A stretch of DNA of 33,712 bases from a bacterium (GTDB lineage: Bacteria; JACRDZ01; JAQUKH01): contig JAQUKH010000027.1 of NCBI GenBank assembly GCA_028719205.1, positions 1-33,712 of the forward strand, written 5' to 3'. Shown here in pieces: positions 1 to 7,903 of this stretch (position 1 is the stretch's first letter; every line of letters begins with the position of its first letter). The notes beneath the pieces are model-generated. The model saw only the letters and a program-made list of their open reading frames with translations, was not told the DNA's origin and did no database searches. The translations under genes were made by a program, and so were the position numbers.

Positions 1-2
1 AG

Positions 3-647
3 ACATTGGATATTTGCCGCGAATATACTGACAAGATCTTTATTAATCCGTGGCCCGGGTGGATAGAACAGAAAAATCTTGCTATATCAAAAAGCAGGAA
101 TAAATGGATCTTGTCATTAGATTCTGATGAGCGAGTTTCAAAAGAATTAAAAGAAGAGATCGCTAAGGAGTTAACTATTGGAGGATGTGACGTTTATTAC
201 ATTCCTATCAGGCCTTTTTATTTAGGTAAACCTATAACGCATTGCGGCTGGTATCCGGGATACAAATTGAGGTTTTTTAATAAGGAAAAAAGCAAATGGG
301 GCGGAGTGGAACCCCATGAAAGCCTTATTTTTTCAGGAAGGTCTAAAAAACTTAAGGGGAATATTAACCATTTTGCTTATGATTCTATTGAAGAACATTT
401 AATAAAAATAAATTATTATAGTAAAGCAGGCGCTGATCTTTTGATCAAAAAAGGAAAAAGGATTAAATTATCGGATCTGGTTTTAAGGCCGGTGTTTACT
501 TTTTTTAAACAATATATTTTACAAACCGGATTCCTGGATGGATGGCGCGGTTTTTTGGTTTGCGCATTTAGCAGTTACGCGAATCTGGCAAAATACAGCA
601 GGGCGTGGGAAATGCAAAAAAGCATAGAGCTAGAGCATAGAGCATAG
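3..647 (+). CDS. Glycosyltransferase family 2 (WaaE/KdtX-like LPS glucosyltransferase), 5'-truncated by window edge
   Basis: Motifs QKNLA..WILSLDSDE, GWYPGYKLR, PHE and GFLDGWRG. The frame is open from the window start (T-L-D-I-C), so the TTG at 6 is probably internal. Confidence 0.85.
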   Translation, partial: TLDICREYTDKIFINPWPGWIEQKNLAISKSRNKWILSLDSDERVSKELKEEIAKELTIGGCDVYYIPIRPFYLGKPITHCGWYPGYKLRFFNKEKSKWGGVEPHESLIFSGRSKKLKGNINHFAYDSIEEHLIKINYYSKAGADLLIKKGKRIKLSDLVLRPVFTFFKQYILQTGFLDGWRGFLVCAFSSYANLAKYSRAWEMQKSIELEHRA

Positions 648-651
648 AGCA
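621..651 (+). repeat. Tandem heptamer repeat (AGCATAG)n, about 4.5 units, one with a 1-nt deletion
   Basis: agcatag agctag agcatag agcatag agca; the last full unit supplies the TAG stop of the GT2 gene. Confidence 0.85.
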
Positions 652-657
652 AAAATT

Positions 658-1452
658 ATGTTAATTTATATCATTATTATTACGCTTATATTTTTGGTAA
701 TTATTGGTTTTTCTGCCAGGTTTAATTACTGGAGGTTTCCAAATAAAGGTATACCTATTCTGATGTATCACATGGTCAGTGAGGAGAAACGCGGTTCGAA
801 AATAAATAAACTACGCGTATCTCCTGAAAAATTCAGAAGGCAAATGCAGTATCTTAAAGAAAAAGGGTATCAGAGCATTTCATTCTCCGGTCTTATCAAT
901 TATTTTAATACAGGAAATTTAGCTGTTAAGAAACCGGTAATAATTACATTCGATGATGGTTACAGAGATAATTATATCAATGCGTTCCCTGTTCTAAAAG
1001 AATTTGGTTTTAAGGCCGCTTTTTTTATTGTGACTGATTTTATAGATGATGATAGCCTGTGGAATATTGAGGATAAAGAAAAACTGATGAATTGGGATGA
1101 GATAAAAGAGATGTTTGGCGCCGGAATGGAAATAGGAAGCCATACTGTCAGTCATCCCTTACTTGTAAATTATAGCCGTGAAAAATTATTTAATGAAATC
1201 GGTTATAGTAAAAGGGCTTTAGAAAAAATATTAGGAGCGGAGGTTACGTGCTTTTCATATCCATATGGAAAGTTCGATGATGAGGCTAAAAAGGTAGTTA
1301 AAAAATGCGAATATAAAACCGCGTGCTCCACTAAAATGGGCAAGGTAAATTTGAAGGATGATATTTATAGCTTAAAAAGGATATTGATTCGCGGTGATGA
1401 AACGATGTTTGATTTTTATCTCCAGTTGACAAAAGGGAAAAATCGTTTATAA
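658..1452 (+). CDS. Polysaccharide deacetylase (CE4/NodB-like, IcaB-type) with N-terminal membrane anchor
   Basis: ILMYH, ITFDDGY, IGSHTVSH and FSYPYG motifs; hydrophobic N-terminus. Confidence 0.9.
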   Translation: MLIYIIIITLIFLVIIGFSARFNYWRFPNKGIPILMYHMVSEEKRGSKINKLRVSPEKFRRQMQYLKEKGYQSISFSGLINYFNTGNLAVKKPVIITFDDGYRDNYINAFPVLKEFGFKAAFFIVTDFIDDDSLWNIEDKEKLMNWDEIKEMFGAGMEIGSHTVSHPLLVNYSREKLFNEIGYSKRALEKILGAEVTCFSYPYGKFDDEAKKVVKKCEYKTACSTKMGKVNLKDDIYSLKRILIRGDETMFDFYLQLTKGKNRL

Positions 1453-1463
1453 ACACTTTTTTA

Positions 1464-1491
1464 TTGACAGTTTTATTTTCCTAGATATAAT
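1464..1491 (+). promoter_or_regulatory. Sigma70-type promoter for the cytochrome pair
   Basis: TTGACA (1464-1469), 16 nt, TATAAT (1486-1491); full SD AAGGAGGTGA at 1541-1550. Confidence 0.75.
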
Positions 1492-1559
1492 GGAAAGGAT
1501 TAAGTTTGGGAAAATATAAACATTATTAAATTTTACAAGTAAGGAGGTGAAAAAATATA

Positions 1560-2054
1560 ATGAAGAAAACAGCAATTTTTTTAACAATGGCTTTAATGGT
1601 TTTAGCAGGCAGTTATTCTGTTTTAGCTCAGCATGATAATAACTGTAAGGATTGCCATAGCATTCATGATGCAAAAGGTGAAAAAATAGTTGCAGTAGCT
1701 CCCGATACAAAGACTATTAACCCGGCGACAAAAAAACCTTTAGCAGGTATTTCTGCTTTGTGCCAGGGATGCCATAAAGGTGAAGGCGGGCCGGAAATAG
1801 GTATTATGAAATCACATCCGGTTGGAATAGTCCCAAATCCGAAAAGAGCGCAGGTTCCAGCAGAATGGTTGAGAGATGGAGGCCTTTTTGAATGCAGCAG
1901 CTGCCATGATTTCCATCCAAGTAATTCTAATTATAAATATTTAAGAGTTGATGTAGGAGCTAGCGGCACTGATTTAGGTAAATTTTGCGCAGTTTGTCAC
2001 GCCGATAAACGAAGCAAAGGTGAAAAGAAAGCAGCGCCAGCACCGGCAAAATAA
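1560..2054 (+). CDS. Exported tetraheme c-type cytochrome (copy 1)
   Basis: Sec signal ending VLA|QH; four CxxCH motifs (CKDCH, CQGCH, CSSCH, CAVCH) plus four extra His. Confidence 0.92.
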   Translation: MKKTAIFLTMALMVLAGSYSVLAQHDNNCKDCHSIHDAKGEKIVAVAPDTKTINPATKKPLAGISALCQGCHKGEGGPEIGIMKSHPVGIVPNPKRAQVPAEWLRDGGLFECSSCHDFHPSNSNYKYLRVDVGASGTDLGKFCAVCHADKRSKGEKKAAPAPAK

Positions 2055-2064
2055 TTAATATAAC

Positions 2065-2092
2065 AAAAAGAGCCCCAAAAGGGCTCTTTTTT
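2065..2092 (+). terminator. Intrinsic terminator, potentially bidirectional
   Basis: aaaaagagccc-caaaa-gggctctttttt: GC-rich stem flanked by an A-tract and a T-tract. Confidence 0.85.
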
Positions 2093-2095
2093 GTT

Positions 2096-2142
2096 GAGCA
2101 TTGAGTATTGAGGGATGAAATTGCCCTCAATACTTAATACTC
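2096..2142. repeat. Long inverted repeat built from heptamer-like units
   Basis: gagcattgagtattgaggg (2096-2114) and ccctcaatacttaatactc (2124-2142): 18 of 19 positions pair, including one G-U; 9-nt loop. Confidence 0.85.
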
Positions 2143-2157
2143 GTTATAGGAGGATCA

Positions 2158-2628
2158 ATGCAAAAGTTTTTCTTTCTAGTGATGGTTTTAACATTGATTT
2201 TAAAACCTGTTTTTGCGCAGCATGATGAAAATTGTTCGGGCTGCCATAACCTGCATGATGCCAAAGCCCCATTCAGTATGGCGATAAAACCTGATACTAC
2301 TATTATTAATCCCTACACTAAAGAAAAGATATCCGGACAGTCAGCAATTTGTATGGGTTGCCATAACGGATCGGCCGGGCCGGAAATAGATATGAAAAAA
2401 ACGCATCCTGTAGGAATGAAACCAAATCCGGATAAAGTGAAGGTTGATACAACTCTTTTAACTAAAACCGGAATATTTGAATGCTCAAGCTGCCACGATT
2501 TTCACCCAAGCAATACAAAATATAAATATTTAAGGGTAGATGTTAAACCGGAAAATTTAGGTTTATTTTGCGCGTTGTGTCATGCTTCAAAAAGACAGAA
2601 AAACGCGCCTATACCAAGTTTAGAATAA
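2158..2628 (+). CDS. Exported tetraheme c-type cytochrome (copy 2, paralog of 1560-2054)
   Basis: Signal ending VFA|QH; CSGCH, CMGCH, CSSCH, CALCH; SD AGGAGG at 2148-2153; collinear with copy 1. Confidence 0.92.
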   Translation: MQKFFFLVMVLTLILKPVFAQHDENCSGCHNLHDAKAPFSMAIKPDTTIINPYTKEKISGQSAICMGCHNGSAGPEIDMKKTHPVGMKPNPDKVKVDTTLLTKTGIFECSSCHDFHPSNTKYKYLRVDVKPENLGLFCALCHASKRQKNAPIPSLE

Positions 2629-2665
2629 ATTTGACTTAAACGGGCCGCATAAAAAGGGATAAAAA

Positions 2666-3718
2666 ATGAAAATAAAAATATTTTTATTTCTAACAATTAT
2701 TATGGTTTGTTCAGGTTTCTCTAATGTTTACGCTAAGCTTGCGGAAAAGGAGTTGATCGAACTTTCTAAAAATATAGAGGCTAAATTAAAGATATCGGAT
2801 GTAAAAAAGATCGCGATCCTTGAATTTGCTAATTCAAAGGGAGATCTGCCTAATGTAGGGAATTATATAAGAAATAATTTGTTTGATCTTTTTTCAGAAA
2901 GTAAAGATATTAATGTAATGTTAAACCGTGACATTAATGAACTTTTAAAAGAACAAAAAATGTCCGCGGGAGCATTAGCTGATGAAAAGTTTATTATTAG
3001 TATTTTGGGGGTCGACGCGGTTGTAACAGGGATTATTACTGATTTCCCCGGTATGATAAAGATCAATACAAAAGTAACTTTAAAAAATGGAAAATTACTG
3101 GCCGTGTATGTTACTGAAATAATAAAAGATGAAAATTCAAAACCTTTTTTAGACAGGATCATCCAGGGTGATGCTTATAAAGAATCAACAGATAAAAATA
3201 CAAATGTTTATTTTAATGAAAATTTTAATACATATAAACCGAACACAGTCCCTGAAAATATCGGATACGGATTTTATATACTTCAGTCAGAAAATAAAAA
3301 CTATATTACTTCAAATCAGCTTGGTGAAAGAGAGTTGATATGGAAAATAGATTTTCCTGAAAACTTTATTTTTAGTTTTAATTTTTTGCCGGTATCAAAA
3401 GATAGCCGTTTGGACTTCAGCGTCATTTTTGTAGACGAGGTAAAAAACGAATTTATATGTAAATTCAGAGCGGGTGGCGGGGAGGCGGAATATATTCTTA
3501 TCCCGGAATCGTCTAAAACCACTGTGTATTTTTCTTCAACTAATTTAAACAATATTAAATTTGAAAAAAAGAAAGATATTTATAAAATACTTTTAAATGA
3601 TAAAGAGACAAATTTTGGGATTTTTACGAGTTTTAGCCGGTTTAATAAGGTAATCATACGCGCAGATTTCAGCCAGGGAAAATTTACCGATTTTCAGGGA
3701 ACTGATCTCGGCAGATAG
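2666..3718 (+). CDS. Exported hypothetical protein, N-terminal FlgO/CsgG/TolB-N-like domain plus beta-rich C-terminal domain
   Basis: Signal peptide (VYA|K); pattern KIAILEF...NRDINELLKEQK...ILGVDAVVTG...IKINTKV is typical of that fold family. Confidence 0.55.
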   Translation: MKIKIFLFLTIIMVCSGFSNVYAKLAEKELIELSKNIEAKLKISDVKKIAILEFANSKGDLPNVGNYIRNNLFDLFSESKDINVMLNRDINELLKEQKMSAGALADEKFIISILGVDAVVTGIITDFPGMIKINTKVTLKNGKLLAVYVTEIIKDENSKPFLDRIIQGDAYKESTDKNTNVYFNENFNTYKPNTVPENIGYGFYILQSENKNYITSNQLGERELIWKIDFPENFIFSFNFLPVSKDSRLDFSVIFVDEVKNEFICKFRAGGGEAEYILIPESSKTTVYFSSTNLNNIKFEKKKDIYKILLNDKETNFGIFTSFSRFNKVIIRADFSQGKFTDFQGTDLGR

Positions 3719-3720
3719 GA

Positions 3721-3767
3721 ACCTCCCCATTTCCCATCCTTTGCAAGGAGGGGATTGAAGGGGTGGT
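3721..3767. repeat. C-rich/G-rich imperfect palindrome (REP-like)
   Basis: Inner tcccatcctt-tgc-aaggagggga; outer acctcccc / ggggtggt. Confidence 0.65.
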
Positions 3768-3793
3768 ATGGGTTATTGGAAGGTTAATTAATC

Positions 3794-4573
3794 TTGAATA
3801 AAATTAAATTTTTGGGCACGGCGGGCGCGCGATTTGTAGTAACCAGGCAGCTTAGGGCATCAGGGGGGATATGGTTTGAACTTGATGATACAAGATTTTT
3901 GCTGGATCCAGGCCCCGGCAGCCTGGTGAAATGTTTTTCCAGCAGGCCTAAAAAAGATCCTTTTACTTTAGACGCGATCATTCTTTCACATCGCCATATT
4001 GATCATTCTTCTGACCTGAATATCATGGTTGAGGCAATGACTAACGGCGGTTTTAAAAAAAGAGGTTCTGTATTTTTACCCCCCGATGCTGTTGAAAAAG
4101 AACCAATATTTTTTAAATACTTATATCCCGCGATAGATGAACTGGTTATTTATGAAGAAAAATCCAGGTATAAAATAAAAAACATCGATATATTAACCAG
4201 CAGAAAACTAATCCATCCGGTTGAAACCTGCGGCTTTGAATTCAAATTTTCAAAAGGCTCAATAGGTTATGTCGCGGATACCAGATTTTTTAATGAGTTG
4301 GTTAATGAATTCAAATCCGATGTTCTGATAATTAATACTGTGCGGTACGATCATGATCCTGACAGCAGTAAGATAATAGATCATCTTACCTTTAATGAAG
4401 CAATCCATTTAATTAAGGAAATTAAACCAAAGCTTGCTGTGCTTACACATTTCGGTATGACTATGCTTAAGAATAAGCCGCATGAATTGGCGGAAAAAGC
4501 GAGCAGGCAAACAGATATAAAAGTTATATGCGCGTCGGATGGTCTGGAAATTGATCTGGACAAAATATTGTAA
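3794..4573 (+). CDS. MBL-fold metallo-hydrolase (TTG start)
   Basis: FLGTAG, LLDPGPG, SHRHIDH (HxHxDH), ADT, HL and LTHF motifs; GGAAGG upstream. Confidence 0.88.
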   Translation: MNKIKFLGTAGARFVVTRQLRASGGIWFELDDTRFLLDPGPGSLVKCFSSRPKKDPFTLDAIILSHRHIDHSSDLNIMVEAMTNGGFKKRGSVFLPPDAVEKEPIFFKYLYPAIDELVIYEEKSRYKIKNIDILTSRKLIHPVETCGFEFKFSKGSIGYVADTRFFNELVNEFKSDVLIINTVRYDHDPDSSKIIDHLTFNEAIHLIKEIKPKLAVLTHFGMTMLKNKPHELAEKASRQTDIKVICASDGLEIDLDKIL

Positions 4574-4578
4574 AAATA

Positions 4579-4767
4579 TTATTTTCTATCTTCCGGATAT
4601 TTCGGTTTTATAAAGATGCTGTGAAACCACATTACACCTGTAATAGCGAATAAAAATCCGAACATTGTTAATAAAATATGTCCGCTGAACATGGCGAAAA
4701 CACCGCAGACAGTAAATATAACAATCAAAATGGTCTCAAAAATGTTATGGATAGTTATTTTTTTCAT
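4579..4767 (-). CDS. Small two-helix membrane protein, unknown function
   Basis: 62 aa with two hydrophobic stretches; fills the intergenic gap; AAGGA just upstream and TGGTAAAAT on the - strand (4810-4802). Confidence 0.6.
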   Translation of the reverse strand: MKKITIHNIFETILIVIFTVCGVFAMFSGHILLTMFGFLFAITGVMWFHSIFIKPKYPEDRK

Positions 4768-4873
4768 GAATTCCTTAAAAATGTTATAATTTGCGTTTCA
4801 CATTTTACCACATAGATAAGAAACTTAAAAGCTAATTTTGAGGTATTTAGAATAAGAATTGTGTTAGGAGCCG

Positions 4874-5854
4874 GTGATTAAAATGGAGAGATTATTGCAG
4901 GAAATTATATTGTTGGCAGGTACACTCCGGGAAGAAATTTTAGACATACTGCCTTATTTTCTTTTTGGAGTAGCACTTGATGCGATAATAAGAACTTTTA
5001 AATTACATGTAAAATTAAGGCAGTCGATAGAAAAAATGGGGATTTTTGCTATCCCGGGCGCGGTTATTATTGGTGTTATCAGCCCGCTTTGCGCGTGCGG
5101 GATTCTTCCTATAGCAATCTCACTTTTGATTAACGGTGTTCCTTTAGCCCCGGTTATGGCGCTGCTGGTTTCTTCTCCTTTAATGAGCCCCAGTGCTTAT
5201 ACGTTAACAGCCTGGGAATTGGGGCAGGATTGGGCGATTGCAAAACTTATTGCGGCTGTTTTTATGGGATTATTTGCAGGATATGTGACTCTTTTATTCC
5301 AGGATAAATACTTTAATTTTAAACAATTATTTAAAGGTGAGCCGCCTTTGCATGATGTTCATGACCATGATTGTGATCCTAAAATAAAATGCACCTGCAA
5401 GGATAAATTAAGCAACCGCCTTGCAAGAGAAGGAAAAAATAAATTTATTGTTTTTAGCGCAAAATTCCTTGAAGGATTTATTACTATCGGTAAATACACC
5501 ATGATAGGTTTGCTTACGGAAATTATCGGCTTGAGGTATATTCCTTCAGATATCATTAATAAGGTTATTTATTCAAAAAGTTTATGGATGATACCAATTG
5601 TAGTTTTTATCAGTATACCGCTTTATGTTAACCAGATCACTGCGGCGGCAGTTCTTTATGGTTTTATTGAAAAAGGGATGCAAATACCCTGGGGAGTAGG
5701 AATGGCATTTTTAGTCGGCGGGCCTGTTACAGCTCTGCCAGTCATTGCTATTTTCTTTTCGCTGTTTAAAAGGCGTGTTCTGTACCTGTATCTTGGAATT
5801 TGCGTGACAGGTTCTTTAATTGTCGCTTATACATTTAATTTTTTAGCAAGGTAG
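4874..5854 (+). CDS. DUF318/ArsP-like permease (putative metal/metalloid transporter)
   Basis: PLCACG, GVPLAPVMALLVSSPLMSP and AFLVGGP motifs; central His/Cys loop. The start may be the ATG at 4883. Confidence 0.82.
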   Translation: MIKMERLLQEIILLAGTLREEILDILPYFLFGVALDAIIRTFKLHVKLRQSIEKMGIFAIPGAVIIGVISPLCACGILPIAISLLINGVPLAPVMALLVSSPLMSPSAYTLTAWELGQDWAIAKLIAAVFMGLFAGYVTLLFQDKYFNFKQLFKGEPPLHDVHDHDCDPKIKCTCKDKLSNRLAREGKNKFIVFSAKFLEGFITIGKYTMIGLLTEIIGLRYIPSDIINKVIYSKSLWMIPIVVFISIPLYVNQITAAAVLYGFIEKGMQIPWGVGMAFLVGGPVTALPVIAIFFSLFKRRVLYLYLGICVTGSLIVAYTFNFLAR

Positions 5855-6967
5855 TTATATTTCAATCAGATCGTATTTACGCGTACCTAATCCCAATTTT
5901 TCCGCGTAATCAAGCTGTATATTCCAATCAATATTAGGATAAATGCCTTTAAATTTATCCTCGCCCGGCAGCAGATTAGTTGTTAAACGGGTATTTGGCA
6001 ATCCCTGGGCTTTATTAACAAGATCCGCGCTTGCCTGATCAATGGCGACCGGATCAAGCGAGGCAAGTATTCCAATATTCGGGACGATAGGGGAATCCGA
6101 AAAAGGATAACAATCGCATTGAGGGGAGACATCCAATACAAAATTAAAAAAGGCTGATTTTTGTTTTTTGTTTAAAAGTACCGCGTAAGCGTATTCAACG
6201 ATTTTTTCCTGGAATACGGAAGTATCCGGATTCCAGTTTATCTGGATGGCTTTTGCCTGGCAAATACTTAAGCATTCTCCGCATCCGATACATTTGTTCT
6301 CGTCAATTTGCGCGTTTGTTTGAGTAAGGATGATCGCTTTTCCCGGGCACCATGAAACACATCTTTTGCATAGGGTGCATTTCCCGCTTTTTACCTTTGG
6401 ACGGACATCCGAATGCATGGCAAGTTTTCCGCCTTTACTGCCGGAACCCATACCTATATTTTTTAAAGCCCCGCCGAAACCGGAAAGTTCATGCGCCTTG
6501 AAATGGCTTAACGCGATAATGCAGTCGGCCTGGGCGATCTCTTTTCCTATCATTGCTTTTTTAAAATTTTTCTGGTTTATGATTATTTCTTCATAGGAGG
6601 CGCCTTTAAGGCCGTCAGCGATTATTGAGGGTATTCCTACGGTTGAGAAGGTAAACCCATTAGCAATGGACGTTTCCAGGTGATTTACAGCGTCTGAACG
6701 GGACGCAAGGTATAAAATATTTGAATCTGTCAGAAAAGGGAAAGAATCTTCTTTTTTAAGCAATTCCGCGATCTTTCTCACAAAAATGGATCTTATAAAG
6801 TTCGAATTGCCTTTTTCCCCAAAATGAAGCTTTACAGCAACAAAATCTTTAGGAGAAACACAGCCGGAAATGTTGCAGGACTTATATAATCGTTCAATCT
6901 TGCTGAAAATATTATCATCAAACTTTGATTTTAATGAGGCAAAATATACGGGAGCAGGAGATACCAT
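5855..6967 (-). CDS. DUF362 Fe-S protein with internal 2x[4Fe-4S] ferredoxin domain
   Basis: VAVKLHFGE, SHFKAH, GGALKNIGMG, CTLCKRCVSWCP, CIGCGECLSIC, CDC and SLDPVAIDQA. Confidence 0.9.
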   Translation of the reverse strand: MVSPAPVYFASLKSKFDDNIFSKIERLYKSCNISGCVSPKDFVAVKLHFGEKGNSNFIRSIFVRKIAELLKKEDSFPFLTDSNILYLASRSDAVNHLETSIANGFTFSTVGIPSIIADGLKGASYEEIIINQKNFKKAMIGKEIAQADCIIALSHFKAHELSGFGGALKNIGMGSGSKGGKLAMHSDVRPKVKSGKCTLCKRCVSWCPGKAIILTQTNAQIDENKCIGCGECLSICQAKAIQINWNPDTSVFQEKIVEYAYAVLLNKKQKSAFFNFVLDVSPQCDCYPFSDSPIVPNIGILASLDPVAIDQASADLVNKAQGLPNTRLTTNLLPGEDKFKGIYPNIDWNIQLDYAEKLGLGTRKYDLIEI

Positions 6968-6970
6968 TTT

Positions 6971-7888
6971 TTAACTTACTTTCTTTTTTAAAAGAAACCT
7001 ATCCCAATCTATTAAAATAGGGGCCGCGATATAAATTGAAGAATAAGTACCTGTAACTATTCCAAACATCATGGCAAACGCGAAATCATGAATGACAGGG
7101 CCGCCGAAGAAGAACAAAACTGTAACAGAAAAGAAGGTTGTTAAACTTGTGATTACTGTTCTTGATAAGGTTTCATTGACGCTGTTATTAACCAGATCAG
7201 GCAAACCTTCCTTCGAATGCAAATGAACATTTTCTCTGATACGGTCATAAACGACAATCGTGTCATTAACCGAATAACCGACCAATGTTAATATTGCCGC
7301 AAGGATTGTAGGCGTAAATTCCTTGTTAAGAAAACTAAAAAGCGCGAGTGTTGTTAAAACATCATGAACAAGAGCAATAATTGCCGCTACTCCATATTTA
7401 AATTCAAAACGAAAGCTTAAATAAATTATTATCCCCAAAAATGAGAAAATAGTGGCCAATACACTTTTTTCAACCATATCTTTTCCAACTACCGGTCCTA
7501 CGTATTCAAGCCTCTCAAAACGGAAAGAATCTTTTCCGTACTTATCCTCCAAAGCTTTTGTGACTTGTTGTTTTATTCCTTCATATCCGGATTCACCGGC
7601 TGTTTTATCTTTTTCCACGCGGATAATAAGATCATTTCTTCCTGAAACTTCCTGTATAATACTTTCTTGTAAATTTATTGTTTTTAGAGCAGAACGTACT
7701 TCTTCGATACTCGGAGCTTTATTAAATGATACCTGCATTAAAATTCCGCCCTTAAAATCAACTCCCATTCTCAGCCCGCCTTTGATAGCCATTGAAATAA
7801 GGCCAGAACATATAAGGATTAAAGAACAGGTAATCGCGATATATCTAAACTTAACAAAATCAAAATGTGTATTTCTAAAAAATTCCAT
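6971..7888 (-). CDS. secF: Protein translocase subunit SecF
   Basis: GVDFKGG, VGPVVG, HDV, GYSVNDTIVVYDRIRE and GTYSSIYIA. Confidence 0.97.
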   Translation of the reverse strand: MEFFRNTHFDFVKFRYIAITCSLILICSGLISMAIKGGLRMGVDFKGGILMQVSFNKAPSIEEVRSALKTINLQESIIQEVSGRNDLIIRVEKDKTAGESGYEGIKQQVTKALEDKYGKDSFRFERLEYVGPVVGKDMVEKSVLATIFSFLGIIIYLSFRFEFKYGVAAIIALVHDVLTTLALFSFLNKEFTPTILAAILTLVGYSVNDTIVVYDRIRENVHLHSKEGLPDLVNNSVNETLSRTVITSLTTFFSVTVLFFFGGPVIHDFAFAMMFGIVTGTYSSIYIAAPILIDWDRFLLKKKVS

Positions 7889-7903
7889 TTAATCTCCTGT
7901 CAT

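Noticed and set aside
5840-5870. Convergent permease and DUF362 genes abut with no terminator
   Set aside because: Common in compact genomes; no further signal.
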